Assembly: GCF_009914755.1 (NCBI RefSeq)
Contig: NC_060936.1
From: the human T2T-CHM13v2.0 reference genome, Homo sapiens
Length of the DNA stretch: 64,000 nucleotides
Direction: 5' to 3' (one strand)
Shown here: one piece after another, positions 44,731-57,660 of the stretch
Position numbering within the stretch: the stretch's first letter is position 1
Layout of the letters: each line of letters starts with the position of its first letter
The notes under the pieces: generated by a model
What the model was told of the DNA's origin: nothing
Databases searched by the model: none
The model's input: only the letters and a program-made list of their open reading frames with translations
Program-made: the position numbers and the translations under genes

Positions 44731-47343
44731 TCTAGAGTCTAGACTAGATACCATACTGGGAAGTTTTCAAAAAAGAAACTGTCTTTTTTTTTATTTGAAG
44801 AAACAGTAGAATACTGTCTTTTACTTATTCCACATACAACTATGTTATAGGAATAAAGGAAAATATACAATTATTTTAAGTATTTTCCTTCCATTTCCAC
44901 TTCTATTGCATCCCTGAACTCCTTCTCCCTTTTGCTCTGGGTCACAGTCATTTTTTTGTGTCTATAAGACCCTCAATATGCTGGGTATAGCAGAAGAGAG
45001 ACTGCAAGAATCCGAGAGGTTCTGATCATCAACATAAGAAATGGCAAAAAAGGACTTAGAGTAGAGATTGGAAGAGTTTAGTCTGACAGGGGAAAGGGAA
45101 GTAAGAAGAAAGTGAGGAGTTCCATTAAATTTGCAAATAGAAAGGTTTAAGAGATGTGGGTAGTTACTTTTGAAAGTGAAACTTTGAGGGAGTTTGGAAA
45201 GTTTTACTCTCTGACATGCAAATTAATTCTAATACATCTTTAGGTGAACCGCAATAAGTGCCAGCAATATTCTCATTGTTTTATGAAGCTGGGGTTCTAC
45301 ATTTTTTTTGACTGTAAGAAGTAGCACTAGTTTTACTAGATATACCTACTAAGCACATATCAAATAACAGGCACTCAATTTGGAGAAGTAATGTTGAATA
45401 AAGCATATGTAACAGATGATGCTTGTGGAATGAATGAACAATGAATGCATAAATCAGTGATCTTACTTGAAAAGTCAGAAAGTTTTTCTCCTCTGAACAG
45501 TCTGAGGGCAAGTGGCATACCTCAGCCCTTTATCCCTAAATATTGTAATGTGTATTTTTGTCAGAGTAAAAAAATCACAGTTTTAATTACTCTTTTAAAC
45601 AATTTGATGGCTTTCTAGAGCGAATATGGGGAGATTCAGAACTGGGTGGTTGCTATTGTTTTCCTGAGAGTTGTTTATTAATAATGTATTTTCTCATACA
45701 GATATAACCAGAACAATACACTGGGCATATGCCTATGTGCCCCTTCCTTACCTCTCCGGAAATCACAATTTGCAAGAGATCAAGCTCTCACGTTCATCAT
45801 ATTGTTTCAAATGTGCTAGTAGTATGAGCAGACCATGAAAATAGTTCACAAAAATTTTTTCCTCGTGTAACATTAATAATAATAGTGGTTCCCTTCAAAT
45901 CTCAACTCCTTCTAGCAGAAATATGCTCTCATTAAGCTATTCTCCACAAGTTAATTACCTCCTGTATCCAGTTCCTCACAACTGCCACTCACTCCCATTA
46001 GCACCCCCTATTGTGTTCTCATGGGCCTGGGAATTCTCTTCTCTACCCTCTTCCCCTCTCCTATACATGGGTCACTAGGGTATTGCCTGAACATTGTTCT
46101 CCCTACATTTCTCATGTATTAACTTTAGTCACATTTTTGCAGTTTCTATTTTCCTACTTTCCAACATTGTGTTAATTATGCCTTCACTTTCTTTTTTATC
46201 TCAGTTCTGATTTTGACTCTTGTTCATTCTCTTTTATTTTTCCTTGCTTATGCAGTTTTCAAGAAGGGTGTTTAATATTAAATCTCTGAGGACACCAATG
46301 TATTGTTTACTGGCTCTTCTGAGAAGTTTTTCCAAATCTTAGAGGACTCCATTGGTGGTTCAGGAAAACAGGAGGAGGCCTGGAAGGATTGAAGTTTGTG
46401 TGAGCTTCCAAAGGTACCTTACGGGAGAATTTGCGAACTCATTACTGGCAGGTCAAATCTAAGCTGCAAGACTGACATTTCTTCTTTTTTCTTTAAAAAA
46501 AATTGGCCCACACAGTAACTTAAACAATTTTCAATTCGTTTCCAGCATTTAACATAGAGATTTTGGCTTCTCTTTAAAATATGTATCTGTAATCCTGCAG
46601 GGTAGCAATAAGTTGCAGCTGAGAAACTCCCGACCTCTTTAGATGGGGTATATAATTCGGAGTTTGCCACAGTCTCCATCAGACCCATTTAAATCATTTC
46701 TATTCCCTTCCTGACCCCTGTAGTCGTTGAGTTTTTCACATTTGTATTAAAGTCTTAGGAGCAGCCTGTTTCGAGAGGTGGAGAACAGGGCCCTATCAAG
46801 GCGATAATTGCCCTCCAAGGACACAAAGAACCCGGAGTATTTCCACTGCGCTCCTTTGCCTTGTTCCCTACTGTTTGGTGATATTTTGTTGAAAATGACT
46901 GACTGACTGAAATACCAAGAATCATGGTGATACCATAATTTTATAAACCTCTGAAAACTCAGCAGACTTAGTGTGGAATTTGCAATCCTTTCAGCCCTCG
47001 ACATTAAGAGTTGTGAGGGAGGAAGCAGTGCTCTGGCTTAGGCACAGTATTCTCGCATGAGGCCAGGGCCAGACTCAAACACTTGGCTTTACAATCTGGA
47101 TTAAAACTCTTCTTGAACTCTGGTTGCATTTGAGGAATGTCACAACTCCTTGTTAGGTGCCCTCTGCCTCCTCACTTCCCCCATTGTAGCTCCAGGATAA
47201 TCTCATACTCCTCTATCCCGTGCACTTCACTTCACGCAGACCTCCAGGCTGCCTTCAGATTTTCAGCATCTATGTAAAATGCTTGGAAGCAGCCTGTTTG
47301 GGGAGGTGGAGAACAGGGTTATGTCAAGGTAAAATTTATCCTA

Positions 47344-47622
47344 GGCCGGGCGCGGTGGCTCACGCCTGTAATCCCAGCACTTTGGGAGGCCGAGGCGGGC
47401 GGATCACGAGGTCAGGAGATCGAGACCATCCTGGCTAACACGGTGAAACCCCGTCTCTACTAAAAATACAAAAAATTAGCCGGGCGAGGTGGCGGGCGCC
47501 TGTAGTCCCAGCTACTCGGGAGGCTGAGGCAGGAGAATGGCGTGAACCCCAGGGGGCGGAGCCTGCAGTGAGCCGAGATTGCGCCACTGCACTCCAGCCT
47601 GGGCGACAGCGAGACTCCGTCT

Positions 47623-47671
<49 letters not shown>
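47344..47671 (+). mobile_element. Very young AluY (AluYe-type)
   Basis: Nearly all CpGs intact; diagnostics gggcgAggtgg, ggagcCtgcag, gcgacag--cgagac; pure A48 run; TSD AAAATTTATCCTA at 47331-47343 and 47668-47680. Confidence 0.97.
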
Positions 47672-47674
<3 letters not shown>

Positions 47675-47779
47675 ATCCTAAAAGGACATAGACCTCAGAG
47701 CAGGTTCTTCCAGGACATCAGTCTCTTCCCTCCCTCAGATACTGGCATTTGCTGTCTCTGCTTTCATTTTTTAGCTCAT

Positions 47780-48076
47780 CTCTTGAATTGTTCTTCTCAT
47801 CTTTTAGGTCTCAGCTTAAATGTGTGGTCCTCAAAAAGATATGCTCTGCTTATCTTATTCAAAATAGGCCCACTCGTTTACTCTTCATCAAATCACCTTA
47901 TTTTCATCATAGCAGTTATCATGATCTTTTATTATATTCTTTGTTTTTCTTCCTCAGACAGGAATATAAACTGACGACAGAGACCTTGTCTGCCCACTTA
48001 CTCATCTATTTCTACCACCTAAGCAGTGTCTGGCTCATAGCGGTCATTTGACAAAGATAATAGAATAAATAAATGA
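47780..48076 (+). mobile_element. L2 3' end fragment
   Basis: aggtctcagcttaaatgt..cctaagcagtgtctggctcatag..gaataaataaatga. Confidence 0.65.
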
Positions 48077-48080
48077 GGAC

Positions 48081-48380
48081 TGGCTGGGCATGGTGGCTTA
48101 CACCTATAATCCCATCATTTGGGGATGCTAAGATGGAAGTATTGCTTAAGGTCAGGAGTTTGAGACCAGCCTGGGAAACATAGTGAGATGCCGCTCTCTA
48201 CAAAAATAAAATAATTAACTGAGCATGGTGGCATGTGCCTATAGTCCTAGCTACTTGGGAGAAATGCTTGAACCCAGGAGTTTAAGGGTGCAATGAGGTA
48301 TGGTCATGCCACTGCAGTCCAGCCTGGGTGACAGAACAAGACCCTGCCTCTTAACAGCAACAACAACGACGACAACAAAA
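48081..48380 (+). mobile_element. AluJ with (AAC)n-like tail
   Basis: Diverged dimer. Confidence 0.9.
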
Positions 48381-48659
48381 AGTGGACCACACGTTGAATC
48401 CCTTTTGTGCCTTTGATATTTCTGCTTCCAATAATATAGTTTCTAGAGACAAATGATACTATTGGAGTATATTAATTATTTTCACCATACATATAAATTA
48501 AGAGTGCCAAAGCATCAAAGAAGACTATAATTTACTCTAATCAAATACTGATATACTTTTCTTAAAATATGAATCAACAGTGCCATCTATTCCAATTTCT
48601 AGTAACCTTCTCCCTTGAATCCTTTTGGAGGTGTTAATAAGTTTAAAAACAGGAGAGTA

Positions 48660-50883
48660 CACCCCTCATGCTAAAAAAAGACCCAAAAAACTAGGTATTG
48701 ATGGAACATATCTCAAAATAATAAGAGCTATTTATGACAAACCCACAGCAAATATACTGAATGGGCAAAAGCTGGAAGCATTCTCTTTGAAAACTGGCAC
48801 AACACAAGGATGCCCTCTGTCACCACTCCTATTCAACATAGTACTGGAAGTTCTGGCCAGGGCAGTCAGGCAAGAGAAAGAAATAAAGGTTATTCAAATA
48901 GGAAGAGAGGAAGTCAAATTGTCTCTGTTTGCAGATGACATGATTTTATATTTAGAAAACCCCATCATCTCAGCCCAAAATCTCCTTAAGCTGATAAGCA
49001 ACTTCAGCAAAGTCTCAGGATACAAAATCAACCTACAGAAATCACAAGCATTCCTATACATCAATAATAGACAAACAGAGAGCCAAATCATGAGCAAACT
49101 CCCATTCACAATTGCTACAAAGAGAATAAAATACCAAGGAATACAACTTACAAGGGATGTGAAGGACCTCTTCAAGAAGAACTACAAACCACTGCTCAAG
49201 GAAATGAGGGAGGACACAAACAAATGGAAAAACATTCCATGCTCATGGATAGGAAGAAGCAATATTGTGAAAATGGCCATACTGCCCAAAGTAATTTATA
49301 GATTCAATGCCATCCCCATCAAGCTACCATTGACTTTCTTCACAGAATTGGAAAAAAAATACTTTAAATTTCATATGGAACCAAAAGAGAGCCTGTATAG
49401 CCAAGACAATCCTAAGCAAAAAGAACAAAGCTGGAGGCATCACACTACCTGACTTCAAACTATACTACAAGGCTACAGTAACAAAAAAACCGTGGTACTT
49501 GTACTAAAACATCTATATATATATTAATGGAACAGAACAGAGGCCTCAGAAATAACATCACACATCTACAACCACCTGATCTTTAATAAACCTGACAAAA
49601 AACAAGCAATGGGGAAAGGATTTCCTATTTAATAAATGGTGTTGGGAAAAACTGGCTAGCTATATGCAGAAAACTGAAACTGGACCCCTTCCTTACACCT
49701 TAAACAAAAATTAACTCAAGATGGATTAAAGACTCAAACATAAGACCTAAAACCATAAAAACCCTAGAAGAAAACCTAGGCAATATTCAGGACATAGGCA
49801 TGGGCAAAGACTTCATGACTAAAACACCAAAAGCAATGGCAACAAAAGCAAAAATTGACAAATGGGATGTAATTAAACTAAAGAGCTTCTGCACAGCAAA
49901 ACAAACTATCATCAGAGTGAACAGGCAACCTACAAAATGGGAGAAAATTTTTGCAATCTATCCATCTGATAAAGGTCTAATATCTAGAATCTACAAGGAA
50001 TTTAAACAAATTTACAAGAAAAACAAACAACCCCATCAAAAAGTAGGTGAAGGATATGAACAGACACTTCTCAAAAGAAGACATTTATGTGCCCAACAAA
50101 CATATGAACAAAAACTCATCATTACTGGTCATTAGAGAAATGCAAATCAAAACCACAAAGAGATACAATCTCACACCAGTTAGAATGGTGATCATTAAAA
50201 AGTCAGGAAACAACAGATGCTGGAGAGGATGTGGAGAAATAGGAATGCTTTTACACTGTTGGTGGGAGTATAAATTAGTTCAACCATTGTTGAAGACTGT
50301 GGTGATTCCTCAAGGATCTAAAATTAGAAATACCACTTGACCCAGCAATCCCATTACTGGGTATATACCCAAAGGATTATAAATCATTTTACTCTAAAGA
50401 CACATGCACATGTATGTTTAGTTTATTGCAGCACTATTCACAGTAACAAAGACTTGGAACTAATCCAAATGCCCATCAATGTTAGACTGGATAAAGAAAA
50501 TGTGGCACATATACACCATGGGATACTACGCAGCCATAAAAAGAATGAGTTCATGTCGTTTTCAGGGACATGGATGAAGCTGGAAACCATCATTCTCAGC
50601 AAACTAACACAGGAACAGAAAACCAAACACTGCATGTTCTCACTCGTAAGTGGGAGTTGAACAATGAGAATATATAGGGGCACAGAAAGGGGAACATCAC
50701 ACACTGGGACCTGTCAGAGGGTGGGGGCAAGGGGAGGGATAGCATTAGGAGAAATACCTAATGTAGATGATGGGTTGATGGGTGCAGCAAACTACCATGG
50801 CAGATGTACACCCATGTATCAAACCTGAACATTCTGCACATGTATCCTAGAGCTGAAAGTATAATTAAATAAAATAAAAAAAG
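48660..50883 (+). mobile_element. 5'-truncated L1PA7-like element (RT to 3' UTR)
   Basis: ORF2 RT fragments (..LFADDMILY..), 3' UTR and A-rich tail at 50862-50883. Confidence 0.95.
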
Positions 50884-51159
50884 AAAGAAGCTGGCTAAAA
50901 CCCACAGAAACCAAGATGGTGATGAGAGTGACCTTTGGTCGTCCTCACTGCTACAGTCCTACCAATGCCATGACAGTTTACAAATGCCATTGCAATGTCA
51001 GGAAGTTACCCTATATGGTCTAAAAAGGGGAGGCATGAATAATCCACCCCTTGTTAGCATATAATCAAGAAATAACCATAAAAATGGGCAACCAACAGCT
51101 CTGTCTATGGAGTAGCCATTCTTTATTCCTTTACTTTCTTAATAAACTTGGTTTCACTT
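50884..51159 (+). mobile_element. MER41A LTR internal fragment, probably 3'-transduced by the L1
   Basis: aaagaagctggctaaaaccc..caagatgg..aaaaaggggaggcatgaataatcc..AATAAA(51141)cttggtttcactt followed by a tail; no LTR termini. Confidence 0.85.
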
Positions 51160-51163
51160 AAAA

Positions 51164-51206
<43 letters not shown>

Positions 51207-51208
51207 AT
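51160..51208 (+). repeat. (TAAA)n tail-derived microsatellite
   Basis: Directly visible. Confidence 0.95.
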
Positions 51209-51935
51209 ATTGCCATCTTCCAAAGTTTTTATCCCACTGAAAACACTTGAGAAAAAACTGTAAGAGTTTGGGATATTTTCATTTCAAAAATTTATCATTG
51301 GTTTTAAGTTTCTTCAAGGCATGTTTTCCCCTATTGTTTCTGCCTGAATTTGAATATTCCAGAATTCCTTAGAGAATTATATAGTTAGGAAAATCCATCA
51401 GTACTCTAAACTTAAAAACAAAGTTGAAAAAATAATATATGCTGGCCATATATCCATATAAATGTATATATTTCAACTTATCTGTGATTTTTATTTCTTT
51501 GCCTTAATACTAGACATTGGTATAATTAAAAAAACAGGAGAGTAAACTTTTTGGATAAGGTTATGTCAAGGAGATTTAATTTGAAGCATATTTATTTGAG
51601 ACATAAGAGACTGTGTTCATCACATGAACTGTATGATTATGAAATAGGTTTTAATATCAAACAAATTATTTTAATGCAATGTACTCTTTGTGATGATAAT
51701 AGCCTTATTTCCTTGTTGTCATAGGCATTTTTCACTCTATGATTCTCAGTTATTTGTTTATTTAAATAAACTAGCCAATTTGACTTTCAGAGATTGTAGT
51801 GGCTCTTGGAATTTACATCTTTATATTTCTCCAAGCATAAAATCTGAAGTCATTCAATACCTGCTGGAGGTGTAGACATAGTCCAAATTTAAGTATAAAT
51901 CCTAGCATAAGGCAAAAGAAATGTGGGAATCCATG

Positions 51936-52349
51936 TATATTAGGTCATTCTTGCATTGCTATAAAGAAATACCTGAGACTGAGTAATTTTTAAGAAGAGA
52001 TTTAATTGGCTCAAGGTTCTGCAGGCTGTACATGAAGCATAGTGCTGGCATCTGTTTCTGGGGAGGCCTCAGGAAGCTTACAATCATGATGGAAGGTGAA
52101 AGGGGAGCAGGCATCTCACATGGCAGTAGCAGGAGCAAGGGGTGGGGGAGATGCCACACACTTTTAAACAACCAGATCTTCTGTGAACTCAAAGCGACAA
52201 CTCACTCATCACCAATGGGATAGTGACAAGCCATTCATGAGGGATCTGCCCCCATGATTCAAACATCTCCCACTGAGGCACCACCTTTCAATACTGAAGA
52301 CTGCATTTCAACATGAGATTTGGAGAGGACACATATTCAAACCATATCG
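51936..52349 (-). mobile_element. MSTA/MSTB MaLR solo LTR
   Basis: tatattaggtcattcttgcattgctataaagaaatacc...aaaccatatcg; TSD CCATG/TCATG. Confidence 0.88.
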
Positions 52350-54737
52350 TCATGCCAGTTGCATATTCATTCAGTAGGCCCAGAGATTCCCAACCATAGT
52401 GATGAGCTTTGCTGCCCATGAGGCCATAGAGCACATCTGTAGTCAGTCAGGCTCTTACTGGCTGTTAGCCTTTTCTGACCCTCCATTTGTTGCTTTCCCC
52501 ACCATTCTTCTAGATCTTGTCCTTTACTCTTGTTTATACTAATGTACAGCTTATTCTATCCCCCTTTGGACATGCACCATGTATATGAGAAAGATTGGTT
52601 CTAAACACATTGGTCCTTTCATTGTGTTTCCTGTGATTTTAGTCATGGCATCATGCTTTGGATTACTTTTACAAATAAGCCCGTATGAAAAATACAGATA
52701 TCATTGCATTTATATGATTCACTTTGATTTTTGAGTCTCATTTAGAAATAGAGCATTGACATTTTTAGGTGTTCTTATTTTGATGATAGTTCTCTTGGTG
52801 AGTTACTCCATAGTTATCTCACCTCTTATTGAGATATCCTTCTCGTTTCTAATTTTCTTAGGCCCACAGAAATGTCATTAGTATCTTTATTTATACTCAC
52901 AGCATTGTCCAGTACCAGTTCCACAGGGGATCTTATCTAAAATCTAGCCAAACACCAGTGATATCCTATCTCAAACTATCGATTTTCCCTCACTTCATTA
53001 TGATTACCTTTGATTTCCAGTCTTAGCAAATCTCTATTCTCTGTGATAGTGCTGACTACCAAGCTGAGAGGGTTATTTCTGTGATTAAAATTTCATGGTT
53101 TCTTGCATCTGAATTCTTTGCTAGAGAGAACATTGAATATTCTCTGGAGGGAAAAAAAATAGAGCATAACAATTTTTTGTTGCAGAAATTTACCATTACA
53201 AATTCTAGGGAGTGCCCTTTCATTAGTTCTCTCCAGGAGAAATCAAATAATGGTAATAAGCTGCACAGCAAGGTTTTGACAATTTATGTTTATAATAATG
53301 AAATAATACATTTTGCATATACAGAATAATATTTTATCCAGATTTTTATTTCCAGGACCAAATAGAAAATAAAACATTTGAAACAATTAAAACAAGAATA
53401 TTCTATGAAAAATTGAGTCCTACATTGTGCTATTTCTGGTCCCTCTATGGTTTATTGACCCTGCTAATATAATCATGTTTTTTTAGCCTTTAAAAAATAA
53501 GCCATTTTTTGTGCAATTAAGAATTTAGAGGGATATTATAAATTGAACTAATAATCCTCAATTTTCTGATCAAAGCAATAATAATTTCTTATAATCCTAA
53601 TGTGTGGTTAATTCTATGTTATATACTCTAAAGAAATACATGGTCTTTGTTGCTGCAAGTTTCATAACTTTGACAAGAAAGCAAGTAAAAAGAGAAGTCA
53701 TACACACACACACATATATATAAAATAAAGTTCTTATTTTATAGCATAAAAACAGCAAAATTAAAAATATTCTGTATGCTGGAATCCTATAGAGGCATTA
53801 ATGGAGGGGTGTGAGATTTTGATTGGCCTTAGAGTATAGGAGTTAAGTTAATGGGTGGGTGAAGAAGGAAGAGCAGAGGACACAGTAGAGGAGAGGTTAG
53901 TATCCATCAAAAGATATGCCAGCTCCTTTCACCTAGGACTGCAGATCTTTGTCTAACCCTCAAATTTTGTTGGACAAACTCTTTGTGATATGTATAGAGT
54001 TCTCTTGAGCGCTGTAGGGTTTTAAGTTTCTTGTTTTTCTTAGAAATGGATGGGCTTGCTGAGGTGATTTATACCAAGTGAATTAGACCAAGTTCAGTGA
54101 TGTTCAATTTTGCTCCATGTGTGGACACAGCCATAGCTCTGGAAGTTATTTAGATTTTGTGTCAATAATAGGAGGTTAACTGGTAAGGTCACTTTGTGAT
54201 TCAGAATAGACAGACAAAATGTTCTGAACTGGATAATAAAATACAGCTGGACATGTGACCAAGATTGTTCTCGGGTACTGATATCTGAAACATTTTTTGT
54301 AATGTTGGAGAAAAGCAACAACATAATATGGTGAAATATGACACAGATAAGATTTAACATCTGATGTTGCCATTGTCTGCTTGTAGCACACATCTGACTT
54401 CAAGTAGCTGCAAACAAGAGGAGATTTTTGGAATTGAATAGAGATATTACAGATCCAGTGTCTTCTGGGTAGTCAGGAAACCAATATTTTAGGCTCTTGA
54501 ATTTTGCTTTTTTTTTTTAACCAAAATTTCAGGAGCTAAAGACCCTTCCTGGTATTGTAGTGCAGCTAAGAAAGAAAATAAAAAATAGGAAGAGAGAAAG
54601 AGGATAGAGCTAGAGATAGACAGAGATATAAAGACAGAGAGAAACAGGGAGAATAAGACCACAGGAAAGACAGAGACTGGATGATACATATGTATGGGCT
54701 GTCAGCTCCCTTCCTGAACCTAAACCTAATACTCAGT

Positions 54738-55146
54738 TCTATGAACTGAATTGAGTTCCCTCTCCCCTAAATTCATATGTTGAGGCCCTAACCCCCATTG
54801 TGATTATAGTTGGAGATAGGGCCTTTAAGGAGGTAATTGAGGTTAAATGAGGTCTCAAGTTGGAGCACAAATCCATTAGAACTGATGTCCTTTGTCTATA
54901 AGAAGAGGAAGAGACACCAGGAGTCTATTTCTCTGCACAAGCACAGAGGAAAGGCCACGTGAGGACACAGGGAGGAGGCAGCAGTCTGAAAGCCAAGAGG
55001 AAAGGCCCACCCCGAAACCGACCCTGCTGCTACCTTGCTCCTTGGACTTGTAGTCTCTAGAACTGTGAGAAAATAAATGTCTATTGTTTCAGCCATCCAG
55101 TTTGTGGTAAAGTATTTTGTCATGTCAGCCTAACCAGACTGATATA
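54738..55146 (+). mobile_element. MLT1A-like MaLR solo LTR
   Basis: ctatgaactgaatt..aaattcatatgttgaggccctaaccccc..gaactgtgagaaaataaatg..gactgatata. Confidence 0.85.
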
Positions 55147-56329
55147 CTCACTATGCCAGTAAAGGAACAGTGCAACTACCTCATCCTTGAATAGCCAAGC
55201 CATTTTCTCTGCCAAAAGGAGAATGAGGAGTACATCTTGGTTTGTATCTAGGTGAGTTTGAGGGGACATCACACTGGAGTTGGCTCCAACTTTGCTAGCA
55301 TAAAATAAATGTGTTAGATGATCCAGCAGCTCAGGAAGATCGTCAACTGCATCCCCATCTGAAATGAGTTACGGAGACTTTCCTTAACGTTAATTCTATT
55401 ATGTGTCTAATATCAAAGACTGCAAGTCAGTTGGTGGTGGTTGGAATATATCAGTAGAGGTCCAAGCAGCAATACAGGATAGGTAGAAGCATTGCCTGTC
55501 GGGTGATGTGTAACTGTTTAGATTTGGCTGTGATCTAAGGGAAGCCCTCTAATCAGCCTGAAGCTTAACTGCTGGGAATGGGTGATGGGCAGGACGCTTG
55601 GAAGAGTGGGAAGGGCAGACTTCCCCTACTGCCAGGTCCTTGGATAAAATGCTCCATCAGCAGGATCCTTTGCTTTATCATCCCTCATTCCTGACCATAT
55701 GATTTATTTGTGGCCAGCCTTCTAATCCTGCACTCAACTCCCCTACCACCCAGTCTACAGAAACTTGTAGTCTCATAGGAATTGAAGTGCCATGAAGTTC
55801 TTCCTCGATTTGACTATGTCCTCTCCATGCCTCAAAGAGCATAGCTTTTGAAATGAAAAGGCCAAGAAGAAACTCCTGTTTTCCTCTGTTATATTTCTCC
55901 CCTGAGAAAATAATTATGGAAAATCCAGCTGTTTTGACTATGGCAAGCAGAAGAAGAAAGGGATGGAGTTAACTCCAAGGAGGAAGAAAGAAAAAGGGAT
56001 CATATTGGTAAATATCTAAAAATATTATTCTTTCATACTTGTTATGCCACCTGCTATACACATGCATGTAAATTGTTATAAGCTCCACTTTCTTGCTCCT
56101 TAAATAGGAATTTAGAGAACCAGTGTCCAATAGGTGCTACTACAGATATGTCACAGACTTAAACCATGGAGAAAGAAGTAATGTCATTAGATCAGTGGTT
56201 ACATATTTTCAGGTGTTAGAGTCCTGTCTCATTTAATGAGAAAGAATGAGGGATGCTAGATGTTTTGCAATATTTAGGGCAGTCTGCACAAGAAAGAATT
56301 GTTCAGCATCCTGCATGACTTTTGTATCT

Positions 56330-57660
56330 TAATAATTAAAAATTTAAAAAAATTGTTCAAATAGACAAAAATTCTATTTGTGGTATACAGCATAGTGTTC
56401 AGATATATGCACATATTGTGAAATGGCTAAATCAAGCTAATTAACATGCATTATCTCACATACTTATCTTTTTTGTGGTTAGAACACAAAAATGACTCCA
56501 GTAATTTTCAAGTACAAAATATATTGTCATTAACTATAGTCACCGTAATGTACAATAGGTCTCTTGAATTTATTCCTCCCGTTTAAGTGAAAATTTGTGT
56601 CCTTTCACTAACATCTCCACCATTCCCCAAATCCCAGCCTCTGGTACACATCATTCTACTCTCTACTTCTATGAGTTTGGCTATTTTGTATTCCACATAC
56701 AGGTGAGATCATGCGGTCTTTGTCTTTCAGTGCCTGGCTTGTTTCACTCAACATAATGTCCTCTACAGTCATCCATGTTGTCACAAATGACAGGATTTAC
56801 TTTTTTTTTTAAGGCTGGATAGTATTCCATTGTGAATATACGGCATTAAAAAAAATCTGTTTAATCATTGATGGCTACTTCAGTGGTTTCCATGTCTTTG
56901 CTATTGTGAATAATGCTACAATGAACATGGGAGTGCAGATATATCTTCAACATATCAATTCCAATTCTTTCATATATGTATACCAGAAGTGGGATTGCTG
57001 CATCACGTGGTAATTCTATTGTTAGTTTTTTGGGGGAACCTCCATACTGTTTTCCACAATGGTGGCACTAATTTACACTCTCACCGACAGGATACAAGAG
57101 TTGCTTTTTCTCCACATTTTTGTCAAAACTTCTCTTTAGTCTTTTTGATAATAGACGTTCTAACACGTGTTAAGTGATATCTCACTGTGGTTTTAATTTG
57201 CATTTCCCTGATTAGTGATGTTGAACATTTTTTTCATATATCTGTTGTCCATCTGCAAATCTTTTGACAAATGTCTATTTAGGACCTTTGCCCATTTTTA
57301 AATTGGTTTTTTGTTTTCTTGATATTGACTTACTGAATTCCTTATGTATTTTGGATATTAACCCTTTATCAGACGTACTGTTTGCAAATAGTTTCTCTCA
57401 TTCAGTAGCTTGTGTCTTTACTCTGTTGATTATTTCCTTGGCTGCGCAGAAGCTTTTTAGTTTGATGTAATCCAATTTGACTATTTTTGCTTTTGTTGTC
57501 TGTGCTTTTGGGGCCGTATACAAAATTGTTGCCAAGACTAATGTCATAGAGCTTTCCCTCTATCTCTATATTTTCTTCTAGTAGTTTTACAGTTTCAGGT
57601 CTTAAGTCTTTAATTTATTTTGAGTTGACGTTTGTATATGCTGTGAGATAAGGCTCTAAA
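56330..57660 (-). mobile_element. L1MA-type 3' end (about 1.3 kb)
   Basis: Reverse-strand L1 ORF2 end and 3' UTR motifs (gctattgtgaataatgct, cagaagctttttagtttgat). Confidence 0.88.

Noticed and set aside
46747-47004. 85-aa minus-strand ORF over the duplicated core
   Set aside because: No recognisable domain or splice context; length is compatible with chance.
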